A stretch of DNA of 64,000 bases from Clostridia bacterium (GTDB lineage: Bacteria > Bacillota > Clostridia > Christensenellales > Pumilibacteraceae): NCBI GenBank assembly GCA_017501145.1, contig JAFVXL010000059.1, positions 382-64,381 of the forward strand. Direction: 5' to 3'. Position numbers and translations under genes: made by a program. How positions within the stretch are numbered: the stretch's first letter is position 1; every line of letters begins with the position of its first letter. A model generated the notes under the pieces. It did no database searches and had not been told where the DNA came from. It saw only the letters and a list, made by a program, of their open reading frames with translations. Shown here in pieces: positions 54,847-63,894 of this stretch.

Positions 54847-55740
54847 ATGAAAAAAATTCTTAAACAGCTTATGCCATACCTTATTACTACAGCAGCGGCA
54901 ATATTGCTTGCGTTTGATTATCAGCTTTTTATTGTAGAAAATGAGTTTGCTCCAGCAGGTCTTAACGGTATAGCGACGATGATTCAATACAAAACGGGTT
55001 TTAGTATAGGTTACGTTTCGCTCCTTATCAATATTCCGCTTTGTATATTCGCGTTTTTTATGATAGACAAGCATTTTTCGTTACGTTCGCTTGTGTTTTG
55101 CTTAGTTTATTCGGGCGTGTTCTTGCTTTTGCAAGAGCTAGGTCTAGAGAATTTGCAGTATGATGCTCAAGGTCACGACACTATCTATCCCGTTATACTA
55201 AGCGGTACGATCAGCGGAATTGTGTATGGAATGTGCCTTAGATGCAATTCGTCTACGGGCGGAACGGATATTGTTTCTAAGTACATAAGCAACAAAAAGC
55301 CTGAGCTTAATTTCTTCTGGGTGACTTTCTTTATTAACGCAGTAGTTGCGATAGCTTCCTTCTTCGTTTATGCTAAGCAGGGCGATAATGGTGCGATGGT
55401 GTACGATTATAAGCCGGTATGCTTATGTGTGCTATATAGCTTCCTTTCTATGTTCGTTGGTGACTTTATCGTAAAGGGCGCTAAGGCGGCGAGCAAATTC
55501 ACCGTTATTACATCGCATCCTGATGAGATAACTAGCGAGATTTTGGAAAAGCTTAAGCATAGCTCGACTAAGATTTCGTGCGTGGGTGGATTTAGTCACA
55601 GCGAGAAGGCTATACTTTTGTGTGTAGTTAATAAGCATCAAATAGTGGACTTTAAGAATATTTTGAATAAGTACGACAACACCTTTGCCTTCTCTGAGTC
55701 AATCAACGAAACTTACGGTAACTTTGTCAAAGTGAAATAA
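54847..55740 (+). CDS. YitT-family membrane protein (DUF2179 C-terminal domain)
   Basis: 297 aa. FIVENEFAPAGLNGIA and SSTGGTDIVSKY motifs. GGGGAG ribosome-binding site. Confidence 0.8.
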   Translation: MKKILKQLMPYLITTAAAILLAFDYQLFIVENEFAPAGLNGIATMIQYKTGFSIGYVSLLINIPLCIFAFFMIDKHFSLRSLVFCLVYSGVFLLLQELGLENLQYDAQGHDTIYPVILSGTISGIVYGMCLRCNSSTGGTDIVSKYISNKKPELNFFWVTFFINAVVAIASFFVYAKQGDNGAMVYDYKPVCLCVLYSFLSMFVGDFIVKGAKAASKFTVITSHPDEITSEILEKLKHSSTKISCVGGFSHSEKAILLCVVNKHQIVDFKNILNKYDNTFAFSESINETYGNFVKVK

Positions 55741-55799
55741 AATAAATAGACGCAAAAAAAATGATAGGGAATTAACCCTATCATTTTTTTGTTTAATTA

Positions 55800-56192
55800 T
55801 TATTCTTCAGCGCGGATAGTGCCTTTATATACGTGAGGCTCTTCCATGCCTCTACCTAAGGCTCTGCCTTCGTAGTAGGTGTTGAAATCAACCTCTAACA
55901 ATTGCTTACCTTTAATGGTGTAAATAAAGTACGTGCACTCGTAGCCTTCTTCATCTTCGTAAGCAACGTAGTATATTTTACCATCAAAACGGTTGTTTTC
56001 CCAACCAACCTCCATGCTGCCGATATCTTTGAAATATATGTAATCACATTTGATAAATTGGCCGTTGCTTCTAGCTTGAATAGCTTCCCATCCAGCATTA
56101 GGCGCTTTGTCTTCTCCGCAGCCCGTCAAGGTAAAGAGCGAGAGAATAAGCGCAACAATTGCAACCAAAAGGGCCTTTTTGTTGGTTTTCAT
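55800..56192 (-). CDS. Hypothetical lipoprotein
   Basis: Lipobox LFTLTGC|G. 130 aa. Confidence 0.5.
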   Translation of the reverse strand: MKTNKKALLVAIVALILSLFTLTGCGEDKAPNAGWEAIQARSNGQFIKCDYIYFKDIGSMEVGWENNRFDGKIYYVAYEDEEGYECTYFIYTIKGKQLLEVDFNTYYEGRALGRGMEEPHVYKGTIRAEE

Positions 56193-56214
56193 AAAAAACT
56201 CCTTTTTTGATTTA

Positions 56215-56676
56215 TTAGTCGAGAACGTTTTCTACTTCTTCTGCAACTGCTTCATCTTCTGCTACTTCTTCTTCAGCAGAAGCTTCTACTACAACCTCTT
56301 TCTTAGCCGGCTTCTCGGCAAGAGTCTTAGCATACTTGTATCCACGAACGATACCTACGATTGCGAACGGCAAGCCGTAGAACAAGATGCCCAAGAAGTA
56401 CAATGCGTAACCGATGTTAATAAGACCGGGAAGTACAAACGCAATACCCCACGAAACTAAGAACAAGGTCACAAAAAGCTTGTTTTTCTTTGCCAAAATT
56501 GCCATTACGATGCTTATTGCATAGAGAATAATAGGCAATATAAAGATAACGAACATAAGACCTTGTACGTCATCAAAGCCTTCGGTGATGATATAGCCGA
56601 AGCTGAACGCATAGATAAATGCATAGATAGACGCCATTAAGCGAGCTACAAGACCGGATTTTTGCTGTTTTTCCAT
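56215..56676 (-). CDS. Hypothetical 4-helix membrane protein with acidic C-terminal tail
   Basis: 153 aa. GAGAGG ribosome-binding site. Lies directly upstream of the lipoprotein gene. Confidence 0.45.
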   Translation of the reverse strand: MEKQQKSGLVARLMASIYAFIYAFSFGYIITEGFDDVQGLMFVIFILPIILYAISIVMAILAKKNKLFVTLFLVSWGIAFVLPGLINIGYALYFLGILFYGLPFAIVGIVRGYKYAKTLAEKPAKKEVVVEASAEEEVAEDEAVAEEVENVLD

Positions 56677-56937
56677 AAAAATTCCTCTCTCCTAAAATTA
56701 GGTAATAATATTTTTTGTCGTCAATTTTTGCATACGCATATAAAAAATTAACTACCATATAATTATATTCTTAATCAAACAAAATGTCAAACTAAATACA
56801 CACACTTTTTTACGAAATTATCACAAAAATGTTTTTTTGTAATTTATGGTGGCAAATTAATAGATATAGTCTTAAAAAGCACAATATTTTACAAAAAATA
56901 CCAAATTATATGGCTTGTACTATTGTATAATGCACTC

Positions 56938-58179
56938 ATGATAAATTTTTGTATGACGGACTATAATCATATGTACGGAAGCTACAATTGCGATTGTGGC
57001 TTAGTTCATACTTTTAGCGTAAAATGCTTGCTTACAAAAGGCGCCTATCGTCAAGCGGCAGCGTTTTTGAGCGACTTTGCACCGTTTTTGAGTAGAGTTG
57101 CGATATTTTATGATGATGAAAAAATGCTTAATACATTTATTACAAGCGTAAAGAAGGAATATCGTACAACAACTGTGTATGCTAGTGTCAGCAAGAAAAA
57201 GATTGAGCTTATGCGACTGCCCGAAGATACGAAGATTATCGTAGCCGTAGGCTCAGAAAGAGCGATTGACAGCGCAAAATACAAGGCGCACTTATTGGAT
57301 TTGCCATTGGTTGTTTCGTCCTTTCCGTATTATTCGGCTCTTTCGTCACAATGCGTGCTTAATGATGACGGCGCGCTTGTTTCGTGTTGCGTCAATAAGC
57401 CGCGCGGCTACATATTCGATACCGCCTATCCTATCAATAGAGAGAATAGGGCGGAGCTATTTGGACAAATTTCCGCAAGGCTAATTTCAGCGTTCGAGTA
57501 TTATGCCGCCGGTATTTTTGACGGCGGTAAGTATTGCCCTTTTATAGCAGGTGGACTGTCGGATATTGCGGCAAAAACGATAATAAGCCTAAAGGACGCC
57601 AGCAAGGACTTGCCCTTTATTAACGAGATTTTGCTTACCGCCTCGCTTAAGCAAGCAATTATCGTATCTAGTGGCGATGTTTGTACAGGGGGCGAAATCC
57701 AATGCGGACTTACTTACGCTATGCTCAACCAAGAGCTTTCTCAGCCGTCGGCGCAGTTTGTGTTTGCCGCGGTACTAAACAAGCTGTACTTAAGTCACGT
57801 TTTTCGTCGCAAAAGCTTTACGCCGCCACCTGACAACAATCTCCGCTTACAGCAAATTTCGGAGCTTATAGGGATAAGCGAATACAAGGCGCTTAATAAA
57901 ATTTGTCCCCAGCTTAGCGCAAAGGCTGCTGCAATTTTAGAATACAAAATCAATGAATACAGGATAGATATTACCCAGAAGCTAAGGGCGTCGCTTAATC
58001 TATTTAAGCTGGCGTTTAGGACGTTTAAGCGATTGCGTGACGATGACGGGTACGCGTTGTCCGCATACAAGAGCGCGGACGTATCGCTATGTATTGCGCT
58101 TGCGCCAGACGTGATTAAGGGGCAAGGTATGCTAACTGCCCTCAAAAGATTGGGAGAGCTTGATTGTTATATCGTTTGA
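56938..58179 (+). CDS. Hypothetical protein, distantly Fe-ADH / glycerol-1-phosphate-dehydrogenase-like with degenerate nucleotide-binding motif
   Basis: IIVAVGSERAIDSAKYKAHLLDLPLVVSSFPYYSALSS resembles the GGGS..D.AK....PTT.S region of the DHQS/Fe-ADH fold, but the Gly motif is lost. Start is uncertain (ORF-track TTG 56923, ATG 56938 or ATG 56953). Confidence 0.3.
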   Translation: MINFCMTDYNHMYGSYNCDCGLVHTFSVKCLLTKGAYRQAAAFLSDFAPFLSRVAIFYDDEKMLNTFITSVKKEYRTTTVYASVSKKKIELMRLPEDTKIIVAVGSERAIDSAKYKAHLLDLPLVVSSFPYYSALSSQCVLNDDGALVSCCVNKPRGYIFDTAYPINRENRAELFGQISARLISAFEYYAAGIFDGGKYCPFIAGGLSDIAAKTIISLKDASKDLPFINEILLTASLKQAIIVSSGDVCTGGEIQCGLTYAMLNQELSQPSAQFVFAAVLNKLYLSHVFRRKSFTPPPDNNLRLQQISELIGISEYKALNKICPQLSAKAAAILEYKINEYRIDITQKLRASLNLFKLAFRTFKRLRDDDGYALSAYKSADVSLCIALAPDVIKGQGMLTALKRLGELDCYIV

Positions 58180-58211
58180 CTTGCCTTGCCTAGTTGTGAT
58201 ATTCTAAGCGT

Positions 58212-59042
58212 ATGGATAATGTAATAGGAATATTAAAACAAAAGAACTTCGTTACTAAGAAAAAGTTTGGTCAAAACTTTATAACGGATACCAATTTGCT
58301 TAACGCAATCGTTGCTGACGCGGACATAAGCGAGAACGATACCGTCGTAGAGATAGGTCCGGGTGCTGGCACTCTTACTCGTGCTATTGCGGCTAAGGCA
58401 AAACGTGTGGTGGCGTTCGAAATAGATGAATCGCTTTCGCCTGTGCTCAAAGAAACGCTTACAGGCTTAGATAATGTACAAGTTGTCTTTCGCGATATTC
58501 TTAAAGTCAAGCCGTGCGAAATCAAGGAAATCGTAGGCGAGTCCTTTAAGGTCGTTGCAAATTTGCCGTATTATATTACGTCCCCCGTTCTCTTTTATTT
58601 TTTGGAGAACGATTTTCCGCTTGTTTCGCTTAGCGTAATGGTCCAAAAGGAGGTTGCGCTTAGGATGATTGCCGACAGCGATACGCCCGACTATGGAGTG
58701 CTGTCGCTTGCAGTTCAAAGCAGGGCAGACGCGGTTATTACAAGGCACGTCAGTCGCAAAATGTTTTATCCTGAGCCTAACGTGGACAGCGCAGTGGTTA
58801 AGCTTACGCTAAACGAAGGGGTTCCTTATCGCAAAACCTTCGATAAGCTCGTAAAGGCTGCTTTTGCTTGTAGGCGCAAAACGCTCGTAAACAACCTTAT
58901 GCAATCTATGGGCTTATCTAGGGCGGATAGTGAAACGCTGCTTACTCAAGCGGGGTTGGATATAAGAATTCGCGGAGAAGCCTTAAGCAAGGAGCATTTT
59001 TTGATTTTGTCAAAAATTTTAGAAGAAATAAAAATTAAATAG
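58212..59042 (+). CDS. rsmA: 16S rRNA (adenine1518/1519-N6)-dimethyltransferase
   Basis: 276 aa. KKKFGQNFI, VVEIGPGAGTLT, VANLPYYITSP. Confidence 0.92.
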   Translation: MDNVIGILKQKNFVTKKKFGQNFITDTNLLNAIVADADISENDTVVEIGPGAGTLTRAIAAKAKRVVAFEIDESLSPVLKETLTGLDNVQVVFRDILKVKPCEIKEIVGESFKVVANLPYYITSPVLFYFLENDFPLVSLSVMVQKEVALRMIADSDTPDYGVLSLAVQSRADAVITRHVSRKMFYPEPNVDSAVVKLTLNEGVPYRKTFDKLVKAAFACRRKTLVNNLMQSMGLSRADSETLLTQAGLDIRIRGEALSKEHFLILSKILEEIKIK

Positions 59043-59093
59043 TTGCGCTTAGCAAAAAATAGGAGTATAATAAAGTCGTAAATGGAGGCGTTT

Positions 59094-60674
59094 ATGAATT
59101 TATCGACAAAGTACAACATTAATAACGTGCAAAATATTTATCACAATCTTAGCCCTGCCGTGCTAGTTGAGCACGCGCTCAAGACTGAGCCTAGCCGTCT
59201 TATGGCAAGCGGAGCTTTGCTTGTCGAAACGGGCAAATATACTGGCCGTTCGCCTAAGGATAGATTTATCGTAGATGAAGAAGGAGTTTCGGAAAAAATT
59301 GCTTGGGGTAAGGAAAACGTAAAAATAAGTCAAGAAAAGTTTGAGCTTATTTATAGTAAGATATCTCAGTATTTGAGCAATCGCGAGAGAATCTACGTGT
59401 TCGACGGCTTTGCAGGCGCGGACGAGAGATATTCGCTCTCGATTAGAGTAATCAACGAATACGCATCGCAAAATCTATTTATGCACAATATGCTTATCCG
59501 TCCGACTGCTACTCAGCTCGAAAAGTTTAACGAACAGTTTACCATTATTTGCGCACCCGGACTTAAGCTCGACGCTAAGGAATGCGGGATAAACAGCGAG
59601 GCGGCGATAATAATCAGCTTTAGTCGTAAGCTCGTTTTAATTGTGGGCTCTAAGTACGGCGGAGAAATGAAAAAGTCCGTATTTAGTGTTATGAACTACG
59701 TTTTGCCGCTTAAAGGTGTGCTTGGCATGCACTGCTCTGCCAACATGGCGCTTGACGGTAGCGGGGATACGGCTTTGTTTTTTGGATTGTCAGGAACGGG
59801 CAAGACCACTCTTTCGGCATCTCCCGACCGTGGACTTATAGGCGACGACGAGCACGGCTGGTCGGATAAAGGTATTTTTAATATCGAGGGCGGCTGCTAT
59901 GCAAAGTGTATTAATCTTTCTAAAGAAGGCGAGCCCGAAATTTATGCGGCTATCCGTCACGGTAGCGTTGTGGAAAACGTAATCGTGGACGAGGATACTC
60001 GTGAGCCGGATTATAGCGACAAGTCGCTTACCGAAAATACCAGAGTATCGTATCCTATCGACTTTATTCCTAACAAGGTTGTGCCCGGCGTAGGCAAGCA
60101 TCCCCGCACCATAGTATTCCTTAGCGCTGACGCGTTTGGTGTTTTGCCCCCTGTGGCTAAGCTTACCAAGGAGCAGGCTATGTACTACTTCGTGTCGGGA
60201 TATACTTCTAAGGTAGCAGGCACCGAGCGTGGAATAGTAGACCCAGTATGTACGTTTTCTACGTGCTTTGGTTCGCCGTTCTTGCCGCTTGCGTCCGAGG
60301 TTTATGCAAAAATGCTTGGTGAAAAAATCGAGGAGTTTGGTACGGACGTTTATCTTATCAATACCGGCTGGACAGGTGGTCAGTATGGTGTGGGTAAGCG
60401 TATGAGTCTTAAGGCAACAAGAGCAATTGTATCGGCCGCAGTTAGCGGAAAGCTTGCAAAGGTTGAATACGAAACCGAGCCATTCTTTGGACTCAATATT
60501 CCTAAATCGTGCGATGACGTTGACGATAGTATCCTTAATCCGCGTAACGCTTGGGCTGACAAGTCGGAGTACGACAAGACGGCAAACAAGCTCGCTGGGC
60601 TTTTTGAGGAAAACTTCCGTAAGTATGCGGATATGCCGAGTGAAATCGTAAACGCAGGACCAAAAAGCAAGTAA
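59094..60674 (+). CDS. pckA: Phosphoenolpyruvate carboxykinase (ATP)
   Basis: ATG at 59094 after GGAGG. TGRSPKDRFIV, FFGLSGTGKTTLS, IGDDEHGW, NIEGGCYAK. Confidence 0.92.
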   Translation: MNLSTKYNINNVQNIYHNLSPAVLVEHALKTEPSRLMASGALLVETGKYTGRSPKDRFIVDEEGVSEKIAWGKENVKISQEKFELIYSKISQYLSNRERIYVFDGFAGADERYSLSIRVINEYASQNLFMHNMLIRPTATQLEKFNEQFTIICAPGLKLDAKECGINSEAAIIISFSRKLVLIVGSKYGGEMKKSVFSVMNYVLPLKGVLGMHCSANMALDGSGDTALFFGLSGTGKTTLSASPDRGLIGDDEHGWSDKGIFNIEGGCYAKCINLSKEGEPEIYAAIRHGSVVENVIVDEDTREPDYSDKSLTENTRVSYPIDFIPNKVVPGVGKHPRTIVFLSADAFGVLPPVAKLTKEQAMYYFVSGYTSKVAGTERGIVDPVCTFSTCFGSPFLPLASEVYAKMLGEKIEEFGTDVYLINTGWTGGQYGVGKRMSLKATRAIVSAAVSGKLAKVEYETEPFFGLNIPKSCDDVDDSILNPRNAWADKSEYDKTANKLAGLFEENFRKYADMPSEIVNAGPKSK

Positions 60675-60696
60675 ATAAAGATTAAAAAGAATAAGT

Positions 60697-60727
60697 AAAA
60701 ACGCGTTTTTTCAAAGCGCGTTTTTTT
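60697..60727 (+). terminator. Rho-independent terminator after pckA
   Basis: AAAACGCG...CGCGTTTT stem followed by a T-run. Confidence 0.6.
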
Positions 60728-60837
60728 ATGTGACAGATTTTATAAAGCGAAGTAAGTTTTGCAAAAATAAAAAGCAATATTTAATCAAAAAATTAATCTT
60801 AAAACAAAAAAAATTATTTTTTTTGCGTTAAAAACAG

Positions 60838-60866
60838 TTTACAAGCAAGGATAAAATGAATATAAT
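60838..60866 (+). promoter_or_regulatory. Sigma-A-type promoter
   Basis: TTTACA, 17-nt spacer, TATAAT, 30 nt upstream of the ATG at 60897. Confidence 0.6.
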
Positions 60867-60896
60867 ATGGACACATAGTAATTATGGAGTTGAAAA

Positions 60897-61385
60897 ATGA
60901 ACGACGAAAAGAGACCTGTTTATATTTTGTGCCCCAGATGCGAGCTTAATTATATCAAATCAACCGAAAAGTATTGCGACGTTTGTAAGGTTGAGATGGG
61001 TATGCTCGAAAAGTCTTTTCTTATACAAGACGAAGATTTAGAAGCAGAAAGCGGCAAGCTTTGTCCCGTGTGCCGTGTTAATTACATCTCCGATGATGAA
61101 GAAATGTGCGTTGTTTGCCAAAAGGAAAAGGCAGCAAAGGAGCAAGCTGATGAGTCTGATGAGGTTGATAACTGGACGTACGTAGAGGAAGACGAGGAGC
61201 TTCCGCCCGAGGAAATGGAAATCTCTCTTGAGCTTACTGCTGAAGAAGAGGCTGAAGAAGAAGAGGATGACATCTACGACGAAAACGCATACAAAGAACC
61301 GGATGACTTTAACTACGACGTAGATCCGAGTGATTTTGAGGATTACGAAGAGGAAGAAGACGACGGTTTTATATTTAAGAGATAA
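60897..61385 (+). CDS. Double zinc-ribbon protein with poly-acidic C-terminal half
   Basis: 162 aa. Two CP.C-x14-C..C units (CPRCELNYIKSTEKYCDVCK and CPVCRVNYISDDEEMCVVCQ), then ~85 residues dominated by Asp/Glu. Confidence 0.6.
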   Translation: MNDEKRPVYILCPRCELNYIKSTEKYCDVCKVEMGMLEKSFLIQDEDLEAESGKLCPVCRVNYISDDEEMCVVCQKEKAAKEQADESDEVDNWTYVEEDEELPPEEMEISLELTAEEEAEEEEDDIYDENAYKEPDDFNYDVDPSDFEDYEEEEDDGFIFKR

Positions 61386-61420
61386 GGCTCAGCAAAGTAA
61401 AGCTGAGCTTTGCTTTTGTT
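61385..61420 (+). terminator. Terminator or attenuator hairpin
   Basis: GCTCAGC-AAAGTAAA-GCTGAGC stem followed by TTTGCTTTTGTT. Confidence 0.55.
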
Positions 61421-61434
61421 GCGAAAAAACAGTA

Positions 61435-61821
61435 ATGATACAATTTTTGAAAAAGAACATAAACCCAAAGGGCAAGAAGACAGGCGATTGCGTAGTGCGC
61501 GCGCTTGCCTTGGCTACAGGTAGAGAGTATTTAGACGTATATTCAGAGCTTTTTTATATATCGATAAAGTCTGGTTACATAATAAATGACAAGCGTGTCG
61601 AAGAAAAATTTTTGGCAAACCACGGATTTATTAAGCATAAACAGCCCAAAAAGCCTAACGGCAAAAAATATCTTGTAGGCGAGATTGATAAGCTCACAAA
61701 TGACGACGTTATCGTAATAAGCTGCGCGCATCATCTTACCGTTGCGCTTAGCGGAACAATCGTTGATACGTGGGATTGCCGCGGTAAGTGCATATCCAAT
61801 TATTTTACTTTGGACAAATAA
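61435..61821 (+). CDS. Small cytoplasmic protein with papain-like Cys...His...Asp arrangement
   Basis: 128 aa counted from the ATG at 61435. GDC19VVRALALATG, then SCAH99H100LTVALSGTIVD111TWD114. No signal peptide and no clear ribosome-binding site. Confidence 0.4.
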   Translation: MIQFLKKNINPKGKKTGDCVVRALALATGREYLDVYSELFYISIKSGYIINDKRVEEKFLANHGFIKHKQPKKPNGKKYLVGEIDKLTNDDVIVISCAHHLTVALSGTIVDTWDCRGKCISNYFTLDK

Positions 61822-61835
61822 GGTCGCCTCTAAGA

Positions 61836-61864
61836 TTGACTTATTATAGTTACAGTAGTATAAT
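61836..61864 (+). promoter_or_regulatory. Sigma-A-type promoter of the MATE gene
   Basis: TTGACT, 17-nt spacer, TATAAT. Confidence 0.65.
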
Positions 61865-61881
61865 TATTTACGAGAGATATT

Positions 61882-63258
61882 ATGGCTAAAAATTACGAAA
61901 TGAACATGAGCGAAGGCTCGCTGCTTAGAAAGATAATTTTGTACGCTTTGCCGCTTATTGCGACAAACGTTTTGCAATTGCTTTTTAATGCAGCGGACGT
62001 TGCGGTGCTAGGCAAGTTTATTCACGACAAGTCGCTTGCTGACGCCGCCGTAGCTGCTGTAGGCTCGACAGGCGCGCTTATTAACCTAATTATAGGGCTA
62101 TTTGTAGGGCTTTCGGTAGGGGCTAACGTGCTTGTTGCGCGTTGCGCCGGTAAGGGTGATGCCGATTGTGCAAAAAAGGTAGTGGGTATGTCTATGCTCG
62201 TTAGCGTAATTATGGGCGTAGCGTTGCTTTTTGTCGGCTTTTTCTTTTCGAGAACGTTTCTTTCGTGGATGAGCTGTCCTGATGACGTAATTGATATGGC
62301 GACCAAGTACATGAAGATTTTCTTTATCGGTATGCCTATAATGATGCTTTATAACTTTTCCGCATCAATATTAAGAGCGGTCGGCGATACCGTTCGCCCG
62401 CTAATTTTCCTTATTATTGGCGGAGTGATAAACCTTGCTCTTAACATTATGTTCGTATTAGTATTCAAAAAGGACGTAGAGGGTGTGGCGATAGCTACCG
62501 TAGCGGCACAAGCTATTTCGGCTGTTCTTTGCGTGATTACCTTGCTCAAAAGCAAGGGCTACGCGCAGCTCGATATTAGGTACATCAAATTTTTCAAGCG
62601 CGAGCTGATTGATATGATAAAAATCGGTTTGCCTGCAGGGCTGCAAGGCTGTTTGTTCTCCATATCTAACGTAATGGTTCAGTCTACGGTAAATAGCTAT
62701 GGCAAGGTAGTTATGGCTGGTAACACCGTAGCGGCGCAAATAGAAGGCTTTATTTATAACGCGTGCAATTCGGTGTCGCTTACCGCGTTGGCGTTTGTAA
62801 GCCAAAATTACGGCGCGAAAAAGCCTGAGCGCATTAGACTTGTAGTCAAGGAAGTTTTGGCGGTAGTGGGCGTTTTGGCTATTACTATGAGCGCTGTTGC
62901 GGTAATCTTTTCTAAGCCGCTAAGCTTATTGTTTAACGATAGCACAGAAGCCGTTGCCGTTGCGCAAACAAGGCTTAGATACGTTGGCTCTACATATCTT
63001 TTGTGCGGAATAATGGACGTTATGGGCAACGTAATGCGTGGGCTTAACAAGTCCACAACAGCTATGGTAGTAAGCCTTCTTGGCAGTTGCTTGTTTAGAA
63101 TTGTGTGGATACATACCATTTATCTACTTAGTCCGTCACTTCCTATGCTGTATATAGTCTTCCCCATAAGCTGGATATTGACTTCGGGTATTCACTTTGC
63201 AATTTATTTCCCCACTATGAAGAAGGTAGAAAAAAGATTTATTGCTGAAATAGAGTAA
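61882..63258 (+). CDS. MATE-family multidrug/sodium efflux transporter
   Basis: 458 aa, 12 hydrophobic segments. N-terminal L..K...YALP......LQ.LFN..D motif. Confidence 0.85.
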   Translation: MAKNYEMNMSEGSLLRKIILYALPLIATNVLQLLFNAADVAVLGKFIHDKSLADAAVAAVGSTGALINLIIGLFVGLSVGANVLVARCAGKGDADCAKKVVGMSMLVSVIMGVALLFVGFFFSRTFLSWMSCPDDVIDMATKYMKIFFIGMPIMMLYNFSASILRAVGDTVRPLIFLIIGGVINLALNIMFVLVFKKDVEGVAIATVAAQAISAVLCVITLLKSKGYAQLDIRYIKFFKRELIDMIKIGLPAGLQGCLFSISNVMVQSTVNSYGKVVMAGNTVAAQIEGFIYNACNSVSLTALAFVSQNYGAKKPERIRLVVKEVLAVVGVLAITMSAVAVIFSKPLSLLFNDSTEAVAVAQTRLRYVGSTYLLCGIMDVMGNVMRGLNKSTTAMVVSLLGSCLFRIVWIHTIYLLSPSLPMLYIVFPISWILTSGIHFAIYFPTMKKVEKRFIAEIE

Positions 63259-63322
63259 AAAACAAGCTTAAAAGTATAAATATGTGCATATCAGCATATT
63301 TACATACGGTAGGGAGAGGACA

Positions 63323-63868
63323 ATGAAGGCAAAAATGTTGATTGTGTCAGGCGTTACGTTTGTTATTGCTGCAGTTTTTTATTGCTTTTATGCTACTAAA
63401 TGGTGCTTTGCGATTGCCATAACCGCCTCGACAGTTTGTTATCATTTCGTTATGAGACTTATCGTAGGCTATATGGTAAAATTTTTGAGTAAAAACAAAA
63501 GCTTTAACTGCAATAGCTTTTGGCTAAGGCAAAAGAAGGGCGAAGGAAAAATCTATAAATTTCTTTGTATTGGCAAATGGAAAAATCGCGTACCCACCTT
63601 TAATACCGACGAGTTTGATATAAAAAACGGGCTTGAGCACGTAATAAACTCTTCATGTAGGGCAGAGATAGTGCACGAGATTATTATGGCGCTAAGCTTT
63701 TTGCCGCTAGTAGTAAGCTTGCTTTTGGGCGACACTTCCGATTTTGTTGTGTTTTTGCTCACAAGCATATTTTCGGCGCTTATAGATTTGGTGTTTGTGA
63801 TGTTGCAGCGGTATAATCGCCCAAGATTAATTGCGGCCTTAGAATTTTCTAAAAGAAAAAAGCTCTAA
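63323..63868 (+). CDS. Membrane protein of the glycosyl-4,4'-diaponeurosporenoate acyltransferase (CrtO-like) family
   Basis: ATG at 63323 after GGGAGAGG. RAEIVHEI..LSFLP and the C-terminal QRYNRPRL motif match staphylococcal CrtO as I recall it. Confidence 0.55.
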   Translation: MKAKMLIVSGVTFVIAAVFYCFYATKWCFAIAITASTVCYHFVMRLIVGYMVKFLSKNKSFNCNSFWLRQKKGEGKIYKFLCIGKWKNRVPTFNTDEFDIKNGLEHVINSSCRAEIVHEIIMALSFLPLVVSLLLGDTSDFVVFLLTSIFSALIDLVFVMLQRYNRPRLIAALEFSKRKKL

Positions 63869-63894
63869 CCTTAAAGCCAGAGCTTTTATTTTTT
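63857..63894. terminator. Bidirectional terminator
   Basis: AAAAGCTCT...AGAGCTTTT stem flanked by an A-run and a T-run; it includes the stop of the upstream gene. Confidence 0.65.

Noticed and set aside
61330-61434. ORF-track extension of the small Cys-His-Asp protein overlapping the zinc-ribbon gene
   Set aside because: The extension reads through the upstream gene's acidic tail in another frame and across the intervening hairpin. The ATG at 61435 is the first start after that hairpin.
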